From Acidimicrobiia bacterium (GTDB taxonomy: Bacteria; Actinomycetota; Acidimicrobiia; Acidimicrobiales; SHLQ01): a DNA stretch of 39,354 bases. A program made the position numbers and the translations under genes. This document shows, piece by piece, positions 39,007 through 39,354 of this stretch. Within the stretch, counting starts at the first letter, position 1; every line of letters starts with the position of its first letter. The notes beneath the pieces were generated by a model. That model was given only the letters and a program-made list of their open reading frames with translations, was not told the DNA's origin and did not search any database. The stretch lies in NCBI GenBank assembly GCA_029858875.1, contig JAOUEE010000003.1, forward strand, positions 1-39,354, written 5' to 3'.

Positions 39007-39354
39007 ATGACGACCCCACCGCTGCGGCTACCCCTGTCGCTCGACGGCCTCGACGCAGCCTGGCTGCAGCGAGCGCTGGCGATTGCCCACCCGGGTACCC
39101 AGGTCGACGCCGTTCGCCATGCGAGGGTCCTGGGGGGATCGCTCACCAAGGTCGAGCTCGAGGTCGACTACGGGTCGAATCCCCACCATGTTCCTTCGTC
39201 GTTGTACGTGAAAGCCGCGTTCGAGGACCATGGCATCCCCGTGTCGATGCGGTCCGAGGCGCTGTTCTACGCCGTTGTTCGTCCCCTCATCGACGTCAAC
39301 GCGCCGCAGTGCTTCTACGCCGAAGCCGACGGGCAGGACGGCATCGTCGTGATG
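39007..39354 (+). CDS. APH/EcKL-like phosphotransferase, N-terminal part (3'-truncated by window)
   Basis: LDAAWLQRAL, VPSSLYVK, EALFY, APQCFYA kinase N-lobe pattern; open to window end and absent from the ORF track. Confidence 0.75.
   Translation, partial: MTTPPLRLPLSLDGLDAAWLQRALAIAHPGTQVDAVRHARVLGGSLTKVELEVDYGSNPHHVPSSLYVKAAFEDHGIPVSMRSEALFYAVVRPLIDVNAPQCFYAEADGQDGIVVM

Overview
High-GC actinobacterial-type DNA; gene content and style suggest Acidimicrobiia (inference). Bases ~300-16200 are a de novo purine supercluster (purA-purD-purE, purB-purC, purS-purQ, purL, purF-purM, then pyrE; no purK/purN/purH in the window). It is interrupted by a small antisense Cys/His zinc-finger gene, a membrane-anchored Asp-box beta-propeller protein coupled to a ComB-like phosphatase, and a small basic protein with an RGR motif divergent from purL. 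Next come an ACT-domain malic enzyme, hydrolases, a sulfatase, plsY-degV and tRNA-Glu(TTC), with three gene relics nearby. The right third is a catabolic redox cluster (three SDRs, beta-hydroxyacid dehydrogenase, CMD protein, Zn-ADH, F420-type LLM enzyme, a second sulfatase), then a META lipoprotein, a TauE exporter and a partial phosphotransferase. Most notable: a candidate nucleoid-associated protein, a recurring sigma-28/WhiG-like promoter before three unrelated accessory genes, a tail-less PxFTG C-terminal motif, and many apparently leaderless starts. No CRISPR, integrase, transposase or rRNA was recognised. All calls come from motif reading by eye; no database search was run.
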